A DNA stretch of 23,414 bases, taken from IMG/VR virus record IMGVR_UViG_2534682236_000019, one strand, 5' to 3'. Shown here one piece after another: positions 16,094 through 23,414 of the stretch (position 1 is the first letter of the stretch; the number at the start of each line of letters is the position of its first letter). Both the position numbers and the translations under genes were made by a program. A model generated the notes under the pieces. It worked only from the letters and a program-made list of their open reading frames with translations. It searched no databases and was not told the DNA's origin. The stretch comes from a virus (taxonomy: Duplodnaviria; Heunggongvirae; Uroviricota; Caudoviricetes).

Positions 16094-16582
16094 ATGAGTC
16101 TTTTGAATGACGTTCAGAAATTCATTGAAGCCCATCCGGGCTGTACTTCCGGAGACATTGCGGATGCTTTTGCAGGTTACTCACGGCAGCGCGTTCTGCA
16201 GTCTGCAAGCAAGTTACGTCAGAGTGGGCGTGTGGCTCACCGTTGTGAAGGGGATACACGCAGACATTTCCCGCGCCTGACTGAGAGAGCGCAGGAGCCG
16301 GAACCACAACCAGTTCGTGAAACCAGACCTGTGCGCAATTTCTATGTCGGCACTAACGATCCCCGGGTGATTTTGTGCCTGACCCGCCAGGCTGAAGAAC
16401 TGGAGTCCAGGGGCTTATACCGTCGTGCTGCAACGGTGTGGATGGCGGCATTCCGTGAAAGCCACTCCCAGCCAGAACGAAACAATTTTCTGGCGCGTCG
16501 TGAGCGGTGCTTACGGAAAAGCAGCAAGCGCGCTGTATCGGGTGAAGAGTGGTATCTGTCAGGGAATTACGTGGGGGCTTAA
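16094..16582 (+). CDS. ANR/PerC-like transcriptional regulator-like protein, 162 aa
   Basis: C-terminal AEELESRGLYRRAATVWMAAFRESHSQPERNNFLARRERC resembles the PerC/ANR family motif. ATG 16094 with AGGGGG upstream. Stop overlaps the next start (TAATG). Confidence 0.55.
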   Translation: MSLLNDVQKFIEAHPGCTSGDIADAFAGYSRQRVLQSASKLRQSGRVAHRCEGDTRRHFPRLTERAQEPEPQPVRETRPVRNFYVGTNDPRVILCLTRQAEELESRGLYRRAATVWMAAFRESHSQPERNNFLARRERCLRKSSKRAVSGEEWYLSGNYVGA

Positions 16583-17235
16583 TGAGTAATAAATATTGCC
16601 AGGCGCTGGTGGAGCTGCGGAACAAACCAGCCCATGAACTGAAGGAAGTGGGCGATCAGTGGCGCACGCCGGACAACATTTTCTGGGGAATTAACACCCT
16701 GTTTGGCCCGTTTGTTCTGGATCTGTTCACTGACGGTGATAACGCCAAATGTGCCGCTTATTACACTGCGGAAGACAACGCGCTGGCGCATGACTGGTCA
16801 GAACGTCTTGCGGAGCTTAAAGGTGCTGCCTTTGGTAATCCCCCATACAGCCGCGCCAGTCAGCATGAGGGGCAATACATCACCGGCATGCGTTACATCA
16901 TGAAGCATGCCAGTGCCATGCGTGATAAAGGCGGGCGCTATGTTTTCCTGATCAAAGCTGCCACCAGCGAAGTGTGGTGGCCGGAAGATGCAGATCATAT
17001 TGCTTTTATTCGCGGGCGTATTGGTTTTGAACTGCCTGCCTGGTTTATCCCGAAGGATGAGAAGCAGGTGCCGACAGGCGCTTTCTTCGCTGGTGCTATT
17101 GCTGTTTTCGACAAGACCTGGAAGGGACCGGCAATCAGCTACATCGGGCGCTATGAACTTGAGGCATGTGGTGAGGCCTTTCTGGCGCAGGTTCGCCAGC
17201 AGGCAGAAAAACTGGTCAGGGAGATGGCGGCATGA
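16582..17235 (+). CDS. Phage-type DNA N6-adenine methyltransferase (Dam-like), 217 aa
   Basis: Catalytic motif IV GNPPYS, and overall similarity to the phage Dam family. Translationally coupled on both sides. Confidence 0.8.
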   Translation: MSNKYCQALVELRNKPAHELKEVGDQWRTPDNIFWGINTLFGPFVLDLFTDGDNAKCAAYYTAEDNALAHDWSERLAELKGAAFGNPPYSRASQHEGQYITGMRYIMKHASAMRDKGGRYVFLIKAATSEVWWPEDADHIAFIRGRIGFELPAWFIPKDEKQVPTGAFFAGAIAVFDKTWKGPAISYIGRYELEACGEAFLAQVRQQAEKLVREMAA

Positions 17236-17558
17236 CGACGTTAACTCAATGCCAGCAGCAGGTGCTGGATATGCTGATTTCTTATCAGAAAGAACGTGGC
17301 TTCCCGCCAACCAATCAGGAGGTGGCAACCATGCTGGGATACCGTTCAGTGAATGCAGCGGTGGAGCATCTTCGCGCACTGGAGAAAAAAGGCGTCATCA
17401 CGATAAAGCGTGGCGTGGCCCGGGGGATAACGCTTCATACCGCGGTGAAGGACGACGACAGCGAGGCGGTCGGGATTATCCGCGCACTGCTTGCCGGTGA
17501 GGAAAACGCAAGGCTGCGTGCAACCCACTGGTTACATGAGAGGGACCTGAAAGTATGA
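17232..17558 (+). CDS. LexA N-terminal DNA-binding-domain homologue without peptidase domain, 108 aa
   Basis: LTQCQQQVLDMLISYQKERGFPPTNQEVATMLGYRSVNAAVEHLRALEKKGVITIKRGVARGI parallels the LexA winged-HTH domain (LexA: [55 protein letters not shown]). No S24 domain follows. Confidence 0.8.
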   Translation: MTTLTQCQQQVLDMLISYQKERGFPPTNQEVATMLGYRSVNAAVEHLRALEKKGVITIKRGVARGITLHTAVKDDDSEAVGIIRALLAGEENARLRATHWLHERDLKV

Positions 17559-17944
17559 AGCTGATCCTGCCTTTTCCGCCCAGCGTGAACACGTACTGGC
17601 GACACCCCAACAAAGGGGCGTTTGCTGGTAAGAGCCTGATAAGCGCGGCGGGGCGAAAATTCCAGAGCGCGGCGTGCGCAGCAATAGTTGAGCAGTTACG
17701 TCGTCTGCCGAAACCAACGTCGGCACCTGCTTCAGTGGAGATCGTGTTGTTTCCTCCGGATAACCGGATCCGCGATCTGGACAACTATAACAAGGCGCTG
17801 TTTGACGCCCTGACCCACGCGGGTGTGTGGGAAGACGACAGTCAGGTGAAAAGAATGCTGGTGGAGTGGGGACCGGTTATCCCGGAAGGGAAGGTCGAGA
17901 TCACTATCAGTAAGTACGAGAAAACGGCGGGTGCAGCCGCCTGA
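17555..17944 (+). CDS. rusA: RusA-family Holliday junction resolvase, 129 aa
   Basis: LPFPPSVNTYWRH and DLDNYNKALFDALTHAGVWEDDSQV match the RusA catalytic Asp region. ATGA-coupled. Confidence 0.85.
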   Translation: MKLILPFPPSVNTYWRHPNKGAFAGKSLISAAGRKFQSAACAAIVEQLRRLPKPTSAPASVEIVLFPPDNRIRDLDNYNKALFDALTHAGVWEDDSQVKRMLVEWGPVIPEGKVEITISKYEKTAGAAA

Positions 17945-17963
17945 TTAAGAGGAGAAACGAAGT

Positions 17964-18773
17964 ATGAATAATCTGATGGTCATTGATGGTATTGAAGTTC
18001 GTCGTGATGCTTATGGGCGTTACAGCCTGAACGATCTGCATCGCGCAGCAGTAGCATCTGGTGCAAATGCCAGAACCAAGGAGCCGGGAAAGTTTCTTTC
18101 CAGCCAACAAACTGTTGAGCTTGTTCATGAATTGACCAACACCCAGAATTTGGGTGTTGACCCGGTGAGTGTGATTCATGGGGGAAATGAACGGGGAACG
18201 TATGTCTGCAAGGAACTGGTGTATGCCTATGCAATGTGGATCAGCCCGTCATTCCATCTGAAGGTGATCCGTACTTTCGATATGGTAACCAGCGCACCGG
18301 AAAAATTATCCGGACAGGCTGCTGACAAGATGCAGGCTGGCGTGATCCTGCTGGACTTTATGCGCCGGGAGTTAAACCTGTCTAACTCTTCAGTGCTTGG
18401 TGCCTGTCAGAAACTCCAGGAGGCTGTTGGCTTACCGAATCTGGCACCGCGCTATGCCATTGATGCTCCTGCTGACGCGCCTGATGGCTCAAGCCGCCCC
18501 ACGCTATCATTGAGTGCACTGCTGAAGCAGTATGGTATCCGCCTGACAGCTAATCAGGCATATCACCAGATGGCGAAGCTGGGGATCGTTGAACAACGTG
18601 AACGATACAGCCGCACTGCGATTAACAACATCAAAAAATTCTGGTCGCTGACAGCGAAAGGCTGCATGTTCGGCAAGAACATCACCAGTCCCGCAAATCC
18701 GCGCGAGACGCAGCCGCATTTCTTCGAATCCCGATTCCCTGAGCTGTTAAAGCTGCTCGATACCGTTCATTGA
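17964..18773 (+). CDS. KilA-N domain protein (antirepressor-like), 269 aa
   Basis: N-terminal MNNLMVIDGIEVRRDAYGRYSLNDLHRAA... is a typical KilA-N DNA-binding domain. RBS AGAGGAG. Confidence 0.7.
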   Translation: MNNLMVIDGIEVRRDAYGRYSLNDLHRAAVASGANARTKEPGKFLSSQQTVELVHELTNTQNLGVDPVSVIHGGNERGTYVCKELVYAYAMWISPSFHLKVIRTFDMVTSAPEKLSGQAADKMQAGVILLDFMRRELNLSNSSVLGACQKLQEAVGLPNLAPRYAIDAPADAPDGSSRPTLSLSALLKQYGIRLTANQAYHQMAKLGIVEQRERYSRTAINNIKKFWSLTAKGCMFGKNITSPANPRETQPHFFESRFPELLKLLDTVH

Positions 18774-18774
18774 G

Positions 18775-19770
18775 GTGACCGTGAGAGCACTACTGACTCC
18801 TGAAATTGCCCCGCGTATGGGGATCGTATTGTTCAGGCCAGGTTCAGAGCTGATGCCCCTGTTTATGCAGGGGCGTGTCCTGCTGGAGCCTGAGCCGGAA
18901 CGTTATTCATCTTTCGCCAGTGGTGCCGTTCCGGCGGCATCACAACCGCTGGCGGATGATCCTGCCGTTCGGGCCGTGTTCCGCAATGAGGCAGTGATCC
19001 GTCGTGCTGGTGGCGTGGAATGTCTTGAAAGCTGGTTACTTCGTGAAAAAGGCTGCCAGTGGCCTCATTCCGACTGGCACAGCGAGAACATGACCACAAT
19101 GCGACACGCTCCGGGCGCAATCCGTCTGTGCTGGCACTGCGATAACCAGCTGCGCGATCAGTTCACGGAACGGCTGGAATCAATGGCAACGGATAACTGT
19201 GCCCGCTGGGTGTTGTCTGTTGTGCGTCGGGATCTCGGTTTTGATGACAGTCACGTTGTGACAATGCCGGAACTGTGCTGGTGGCTGATTCGTAATGACC
19301 TGGCGGATGCCTTACCGGAAAGTGCAGCCCGTAAGGCACTTAGATTACCGAAGCCTGTTGTGCCGTCTGTTACCCGGGAAAGTGACCTTGTGCCTTCGGT
19401 TCCTGCCACCAGCATCATCCAGGATAAAGCGAAAAAGGTGCTGGCGCTGAAAGTGGATCCTGAGTCGCCGGAGTCTTTTATGTTACGCCCAAAACGTCGC
19501 CGCTGGGTTAATGAAAAGTACACGCGCTGGGTTAAGACACAGCCGTGTGCATGTTGTGGAAAGCCTGCTGATGATCCCCACCACCTGATAGGTCACGGTC
19601 AGGGAGGAATGGGTACAAAAGCGCATGACCTCTTTGTGTTGCCTTTGTGCAGAAAGCATCACGACGAGCTGCATGCGGATACCGTGGCATTTGAAGAGAA
19701 GTATGGCTCCCAGCTGGAGCTGATATTTCGTTTTATCGATCGTGCGCTGGCAATAGGCGTACTGGCGTAA
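18775..19770 (+). CDS. DUF968-family phage protein with C-terminal HNH-like Cys/His motif (YdfU-like), about 330 aa
   Basis: C-terminal CACCGKPADDPHHLIGHGQGGMGTKAHDLFVLPLCRKHHDELH. Sits directly upstream of the Q-like gene, as ydfU does in the E. coli Qin prophage. GTG start; GTG 18781 is an alternative. Confidence 0.65.
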   Translation: MTVRALLTPEIAPRMGIVLFRPGSELMPLFMQGRVLLEPEPERYSSFASGAVPAASQPLADDPAVRAVFRNEAVIRRAGGVECLESWLLREKGCQWPHSDWHSENMTTMRHAPGAIRLCWHCDNQLRDQFTERLESMATDNCARWVLSVVRRDLGFDDSHVVTMPELCWWLIRNDLADALPESAARKALRLPKPVVPSVTRESDLVPSVPATSIIQDKAKKVLALKVDPESPESFMLRPKRRRWVNEKYTRWVKTQPCACCGKPADDPHHLIGHGQGGMGTKAHDLFVLPLCRKHHDELHADTVAFEEKYGSQLELIFRFIDRALAIGVLA

Positions 19771-19783
19771 GTGGAGAACGAGC

Positions 19784-20536
19784 ATGAACTTTGAAGCCTT
19801 ACCGAAATATTACTCCCCAAAATCTCCAAAATTGAGCGATGACGCACCGGCGACAGGCTCTGGTGGTTTAACAATTACGGATGTAATGGCTGCGCAGGGG
19901 ATGGTGCAGTCGAAAGCACCGCTTGGGTTTGCCTTATTCCTGGCAAAAGTTGGTGTTCAGGATCCTCAGTTTGCGATTGAAGGTCTGCTCAATTACGCGA
20001 TGGCACTGGATAACCCGACATTGAACAAATTGAGTGAAGAAACCCGGCTACAGATCATTCCTTACCTTGTGAATTTTGCCTTTGCTGATTATTCCAGGTC
20101 TGCGGCAAGTAAGGCTCGCTGTGAGCATTGTGCTGGTACTGGATTTCATGATGTATTGCGCGAGGTGGTGAAACACTCCAGAAGCGGGGAATCTGTTATC
20201 AAGGAAGAGTGGGTGAAGGAACTGTGTCAGCATTGTCATGGTAAGGGAGAAGTCAGCACAGCGTGCAGAGGGTGTAAGGGTAAAGGTATTGTCCTGGATG
20301 AAAAAAGAACCAGGCTTCATGGCACGCCTGTTTATAAGGTTTGTGGGCGTTGCAATGGAAACCGGTTTAGCCGTTTACCAACCACACTGGCGCGGCTTCA
20401 TGTCCAGAAGCTGGTACCAGACCTGACGGATTATCAGTGGTACAAAGGATATGCAGATGTCATTGATAAACTGGTTACAAAGTGCTGGCAGGAAGAAGCG
20501 TATGCTGAGACACAATTGAGGAAAGTGACGAGATGA
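19784..20536 (+). CDS. Late-gene antiterminator Q-like protein (QuuQ-like size, 250 aa) with four CxxCxGxG zinc-finger repeats
   Basis: CEHCAGTG, CQHCHGKG, CRGCKGKG, CGRCNGN repeats. Located immediately upstream of a promoter and terminator and the lysis cassette. Good RBS. Confidence 0.7.
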   Translation: MNFEALPKYYSPKSPKLSDDAPATGSGGLTITDVMAAQGMVQSKAPLGFALFLAKVGVQDPQFAIEGLLNYAMALDNPTLNKLSEETRLQIIPYLVNFAFADYSRSAASKARCEHCAGTGFHDVLREVVKHSRSGESVIKEEWVKELCQHCHGKGEVSTACRGCKGKGIVLDEKRTRLHGTPVYKVCGRCNGNRFSRLPTTLARLHVQKLVPDLTDYQWYKGYADVIDKLVTKCWQEEAYAETQLRKVTR

Positions 20537-20567
20537 ATGATTTTCGACGAAAATGGCGACATGATGC

Positions 20568-20596
20568 TTGCATTTTTCAAAAAAAATGGATAATAT
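20568..20596 (+). promoter_or_regulatory. Candidate late promoter (PR'-like): TTGCAT-N17-TAATAT
   Basis: Near-consensus sigma-70 hexamers with 17-bp spacer, 30 bp after the Q stop and about 50 bp before a strong terminator. Confidence 0.5.
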
Positions 20597-20641
20597 TTTC
20601 TCAATGATAGGCATTGTGTGTCCGGCTTTAATAAAAAGTAG

Positions 20642-20670
20642 AAAACCCGCTGATGTGCGGGTTTTTTTTC
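20642..20670 (+). terminator. Rho-independent terminator (tR'-like, expected to be overridden by Q)
   Basis: AAAACCCGC TGATGT GCGGG TTTTTTTT. Confidence 0.8.
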
Positions 20671-20691
20671 GGAATTTTAGATGTGTGGCAT

Positions 20692-20721
20692 TGAAATGGT
20701 ATTCGGCGAGTAGGTAGAATT
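20692..20721 (+). promoter_or_regulatory. Candidate autonomous promoter of the cargo gene: TTGAAA-N18-TAGAAT
   Basis: Strong sigma-70-like hexamers located between the tR'-like terminator and the cargo ORF start. Confidence 0.45.
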
Positions 20722-20747
20722 TAAACTTTCGTCTCGTCTGGATCGAC

Positions 20748-21290
20748 ATGATGTTTCAAGCCTTCCAAACAGCAGTATTTAAAAATGTTGCAGAGTATTT
20801 AAAAGGGCGCTTCCCTCATAAGTCGTTAGGGCTCGTATATGCCGACGAGCTGGTACTAAAAGATATGGAGTTCCTCAAGGCTAACAATAAACTGCGGTGG
20901 GATCCCGGACTAAAGTCGCGAGTGTTTATGGATATGATGGAAGAACACCCGATAAAACTAGTTGTTTATTATCGTGGGGAGCCTATTGGATTTGCATTTG
21001 GGTGTTACTGTAAGCCGAAAAATGCGGTGCATATTTGCTGGATGGAAAAACGTAATGATGCACATGAAGACCTAGACCATCAGATGCTTGGTATCGTTTT
21101 GGATTGCTTCTCTGCATATGCACGATTTCTGAACCTTCAGGGTGAATCTATTGATTCGATAGCTTTAGTTAGTCCAGTTGATGGGGCAATAAGATACTAT
21201 ACTGAAAGTGGTTTTGAGTACATTGCTGATTACGAACGAGGTGGTTGCGCAATGGTGCTTAGGAGCGTTTTACCTAACCAATCAGTGTGA
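20748..21290 (+). CDS. AT-rich cargo (moron) protein of unknown function, 180 aa; tentatively GNAT-like acyltransferase fold
   Basis: Clean ORF with lower GC and rare codons (CTA, ATA, AGG) relative to the phage backbone. C-terminal IRYYTESGFEYIADYERGG resembles the terminal strand-helix of GNAT-fold enzymes, but no canonical acetyl-CoA P-loop is visible. Confidence 0.7.
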   Translation: MMFQAFQTAVFKNVAEYLKGRFPHKSLGLVYADELVLKDMEFLKANNKLRWDPGLKSRVFMDMMEEHPIKLVVYYRGEPIGFAFGCYCKPKNAVHICWMEKRNDAHEDLDHQMLGIVLDCFSAYARFLNLQGESIDSIALVSPVDGAIRYYTESGFEYIADYERGGCAMVLRSVLPNQSV

Positions 21291-21481
21291 GTTAGATTCT
21301 TAATTTCTCCAGAATCATTACAAAAGTATTGAAAACCTCTTTTAGTTGATGCAATCTGGATCCACACAAAGCACACACAAAATGTACTACGCTTTACTTT
21401 ATACATCTTCAGGTAACAAACTTTGTTGCCTTTATGCTTCAAAGAAGCAACTACAGCTTAGTGCTGAACAAGGGGATTTTT

Positions 21482-21667
21482 ATGAAACATCATGAGCAGA
21501 TAGAGATTGAGGCAGCTAAAGTCGTCGCCGAACTCTTTGCTGGCAATGCATCTCCAATGGAAACCTTTGGTATTACATGGAGTCAAACTCAGATGTTAGA
21601 GCGTAAGAATCCTGGTGTAGTGATCAAACTAGTACCGGATGACGGTAAAAAACTTGCGTATTGCTGA
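21482..21667 (+). CDS. Small hypothetical protein (61 aa) downstream of the cargo gene
   Basis: Internal ATG with AAGGGGA RBS. Followed 50 bp later by a strong terminator. AT-rich. Confidence 0.5.
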   Translation: MKHHEQIEIEAAKVVAELFAGNASPMETFGITWSQTQMLERKNPGVVIKLVPDDGKKLAYC

Positions 21668-21715
21668 TAATTTTTAAAGATTTTTTCAGCTAGAGAATCG
21701 ATTATTTTACTATAA

Positions 21716-21744
21716 ATCGCGAAGGAGCCCCACATATTGTGGGG
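21716..21744 (+). terminator. Rho-independent terminator closing the cargo module
   Basis: AGCCCCACA TAT TGTGGGGCT followed by TTTTTGTTT. Confidence 0.8.
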
Positions 21745-21924
21745 CTTTTTGTTTCATCTTAGTTAGCCGTTATTCACATTCACTACTTTGCTACTTATCC
21801 ACTGTAAAAATAAATTGTGAATTATTTTGTGGCTTATTGTTAGTGTTCTATCAATTTTGTGTGTGATATTCCATTGGCGTGGTTATTATCTGTGCATCGC
21901 ACTTAAATGTATAAAGCTCACTAG

Positions 21925-22239
21925 TTGAGACAATCCTACCACCAGTTGGTGGTATCTCATGATTCACTGAATTGCAAATCTTCTGAATTGCTGGATGAGT
22001 TTAAATCTCACCGGCGCTATTTCTCCGTATCAGTCTCCGTGCCTTATACCGATGTCAGGACGCATAAGCCCGTTCAGTTCTACCCGGGTAAACATCCGTG
22101 CGAGAAACCGGCGGATATGCTCAGGCAAATAATCAATGCCAGTAGTCGACCTGGTGATCTGGTTGCTGATTTCTTTATGGGATTCGGTTCCACAATAAAA
22201 GCAGCAATGGCGCTGGGGCGTCGGGCGTTAGGTGTTTAA
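21925..22239 (+). pseudogene. C-terminal fragment of an N6-adenine/N4-cytosine DNA methyltransferase (remnant)
   Basis: HPCEKPADMLRQIINASSRPGDLVADFFMGFGSTIKAAMALGRRALGV matches the conserved HPTxKP...DPFxGSGTT...GR region of D12/N4-N6 methylases. No DPPY/NPPY motif and no N-terminal domain upstream; ORF starts at TTG just after an in-frame stop and ends early. Confidence 0.65.
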
Positions 22240-22306
22240 CTTGAGTCAGAGCGGTTTAATCAGACGGTGAAAGAGGTAAGTGAACTGGTGGGGAAATAAT
22301 TCTGGT

Positions 22307-22331
22307 GGCCACGTTGCGTGGCCTTTTTATT
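22307..22331 (+). terminator. Hairpin plus T-run upstream of the holin gene
   Basis: GGCCACG TTG CGTGGCC followed by TTTTTATTT. Lies inside the N-terminal extension of the listed holin ORF, which argues for the internal start. Confidence 0.5.
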
Positions 22332-22375
22332 TCCAACACAGCACCCGCAAATATCGCGAGGTGAGAGATGACGAA

Positions 22376-22711
22376 ATGCCTCATAACCCAAATACCTGGC
22401 CGGACTGGCTGGAGTTGTTTCAGAGCTGGTGGCGTGGAGACACACCGCTGGGTGCAGTGATTATGTCGATCGTTATGGCTGGTTTGCGCATCGCCTATTT
22501 TGGCGGTGGTGGTGGCTGGAAGCGAAAAACGCTCGAGATTTTGCTATGTGGCGCTCTGACGCTGACCTTTGCATCCGCTCTTGAGTATGTCGGATGGCCT
22601 AAATCACTTTCTGTTGCCATTGGTGGTGGGGTGGGGCTGATCGGTGTCGATGCTATTCGTGGGGCTGCAATGCGAGTAATCGGTAACAAATTTGGTGGCT
22701 CTAAGGAGTAA
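22376..22711 (+). CDS. S: Class I holin, lambda S-like (111 aa from internal ATG)
   Basis: Three hydrophobic segments and C-terminal ...GGGVGLIGVDAIRGAAMRVIGNKFGG similar in pattern to lambda S (...[22 protein letters not shown]). Immediately upstream of the R endolysin. Confidence 0.7.
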   Translation: MPHNPNTWPDWLELFQSWWRGDTPLGAVIMSIVMAGLRIAYFGGGGGWKRKTLEILLCGALTLTFASALEYVGWPKSLSVAIGGGVGLIGVDAIRGAAMRVIGNKFGGSKE

Positions 22712-22714
22712 TTT

Positions 22715-23191
22715 ATGCAGGTACTAAATTCCCAGCGTAAAGCTTTCCTTGATATGGTGGCTTGGTCAGAAGGAACGGATAACGGACGACAACCGACACG
22801 TAACCACGGTTATGACGTTATTGTCGGTGGTGAACTCTTCACTGATTACTCCGATCACCCTCGCAAACTTGTCACGCTAAACCCCAAACTCAAATCAACA
22901 GCCGCCGGACGTTACCAGCTTCTTTCACGTTGGTGGGATGCTTACCGTAAACAGCTTGGTTTGAAAGACTTCTCCCCCAAAAGCCAGGACGCTGTGGCAT
23001 TGCAGCAGATTAAAGAACGTGGCGCTTTACCGATGATTGATCGTGGTGATATTCGTCAGGCTATCGACCGTTGCAGCAATATCTGGGCTTCGTTGCCGGG
23101 CGCTGGTTACGGTCAGTTCGAGCATAAGGCTGACAGCCTGATTGCAAAATTCAAAGAAGCAGGCGGAACGGTCAGAGAGATTGAGGTATGA
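22715..23191 (+). CDS. R: Endolysin, lambda R-type lytic transglycosylase, 158 aa
   Basis: [66 protein letters not shown]... is near-identical to lambda R as I recall it, including the catalytic Glu in AWSEGTD. RBS AAGGAG. Confidence 0.95.
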   Translation: MQVLNSQRKAFLDMVAWSEGTDNGRQPTRNHGYDVIVGGELFTDYSDHPRKLVTLNPKLKSTAAGRYQLLSRWWDAYRKQLGLKDFSPKSQDAVALQQIKERGALPMIDRGDIRQAIDRCSNIWASLPGAGYGQFEHKADSLIAKFKEAGGTVREIEV

Positions 23192-23414
23192 GCAGAGTAA
23201 CCGCGATTATTTCCGCTCTGGTTATCTGCATCATCGTTTGCTTGTCATGGGCTAATCATTACCGCGATAACGCCATTACCTACAAAGCCCAGCGCGACAA
23301 AAATGCCAGAGAACTGAAGCTGGCGAACTCGACAATTACTGACATGCAGATGCGTCAGCGTGATGTTGCTGCGCTCGATGCAAAATACACGAAGGAGTTA
23401 GCTGATGCGAAAGC
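23188..23414 (+). CDS. Rz: Spanin inner-membrane subunit Rz (5' part; continues beyond the window)
   Basis: [47 protein letters not shown]... matches the lambda Rz N-terminus. ATGA overlap with the R stop. Confidence 0.9.
   Translation, partial: MSRVTAIISALVICIIVCLSWANHYRDNAITYKAQRDKNARELKLANSTITDMQMRQRDVAALDAKYTKELADAK

Noticed and set aside
16988-17784. ORFs of 102-193 aa overlapping the Dam, LexA-like and RusA genes in other frames or strand
   Set aside because: Arg/Gly/Ala-rich translations lacking motifs, fully overlapped by motif-bearing coupled genes.
22280-22375. N-terminal 32-codon extension of the holin ORF
   Set aside because: It contains a hairpin plus T-run terminator and has no RBS; the internal ATG at 22376 gives a holin of lambda S-like length.

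Overview
This window looks like an Escherichia coli-type accessory region: two mobile elements sitting in tandem at a tRNA-Thr attachment site, with an insertion sequence inside the first. (1) Positions 1-9150 are the integrase-proximal end of a CP4-type cryptic integrative island: two small exported proteins, a DUF932 protein, an ArdB/KlcA-type antirestriction protein, a RadC-like JAB protein, a DUF987 protein, a CbeA/CbtA-family type IV toxin-antitoxin pair, a YeeW-like protein, an IS110-family insertion sequence (about 5457-6876), a conserved island protein and a P4-type tyrosine integrase on the minus strand. (2) Positions 9316-9361 carry the 3' 46 nt of a tRNA-Thr gene, which I read as the shared att core. 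(3) Positions 9376 to the end are a compact lambdoid (P22/lambda mosaic) prophage: int and xis, three early-left genes including an HD-domain hydrolase, an AT-rich insert and a highly structured GC-rich non-coding block, then an immunity region (CI with S24 peptidase domain, Cro, CII-like) with shared operator repeats, an O-like replication initiator with in-gene iterons, an ANR/PerC-like regulator, a Dam-type methyltransferase, a LexA DNA-binding-domain-only protein, RusA, a KilA-N protein, a DUF968 protein, a Q-like antiterminator with a late promoter and terminator, an AT-rich two-gene cargo insert, a truncated DNA methylase fragment, and a lambda-type lysis cassette (holin, R endolysin, start of Rz). 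All calls rest on reading the ORF translations and the DNA by eye; no database search, alignment or folding was run, and protein family names come from recognised motifs and recalled homologues. The most likely places for something undescribed are the AT-rich cargo between Q and the holin, the structured non-coding block at 12040-12470, and the non-coding arms of the IS110-family element.
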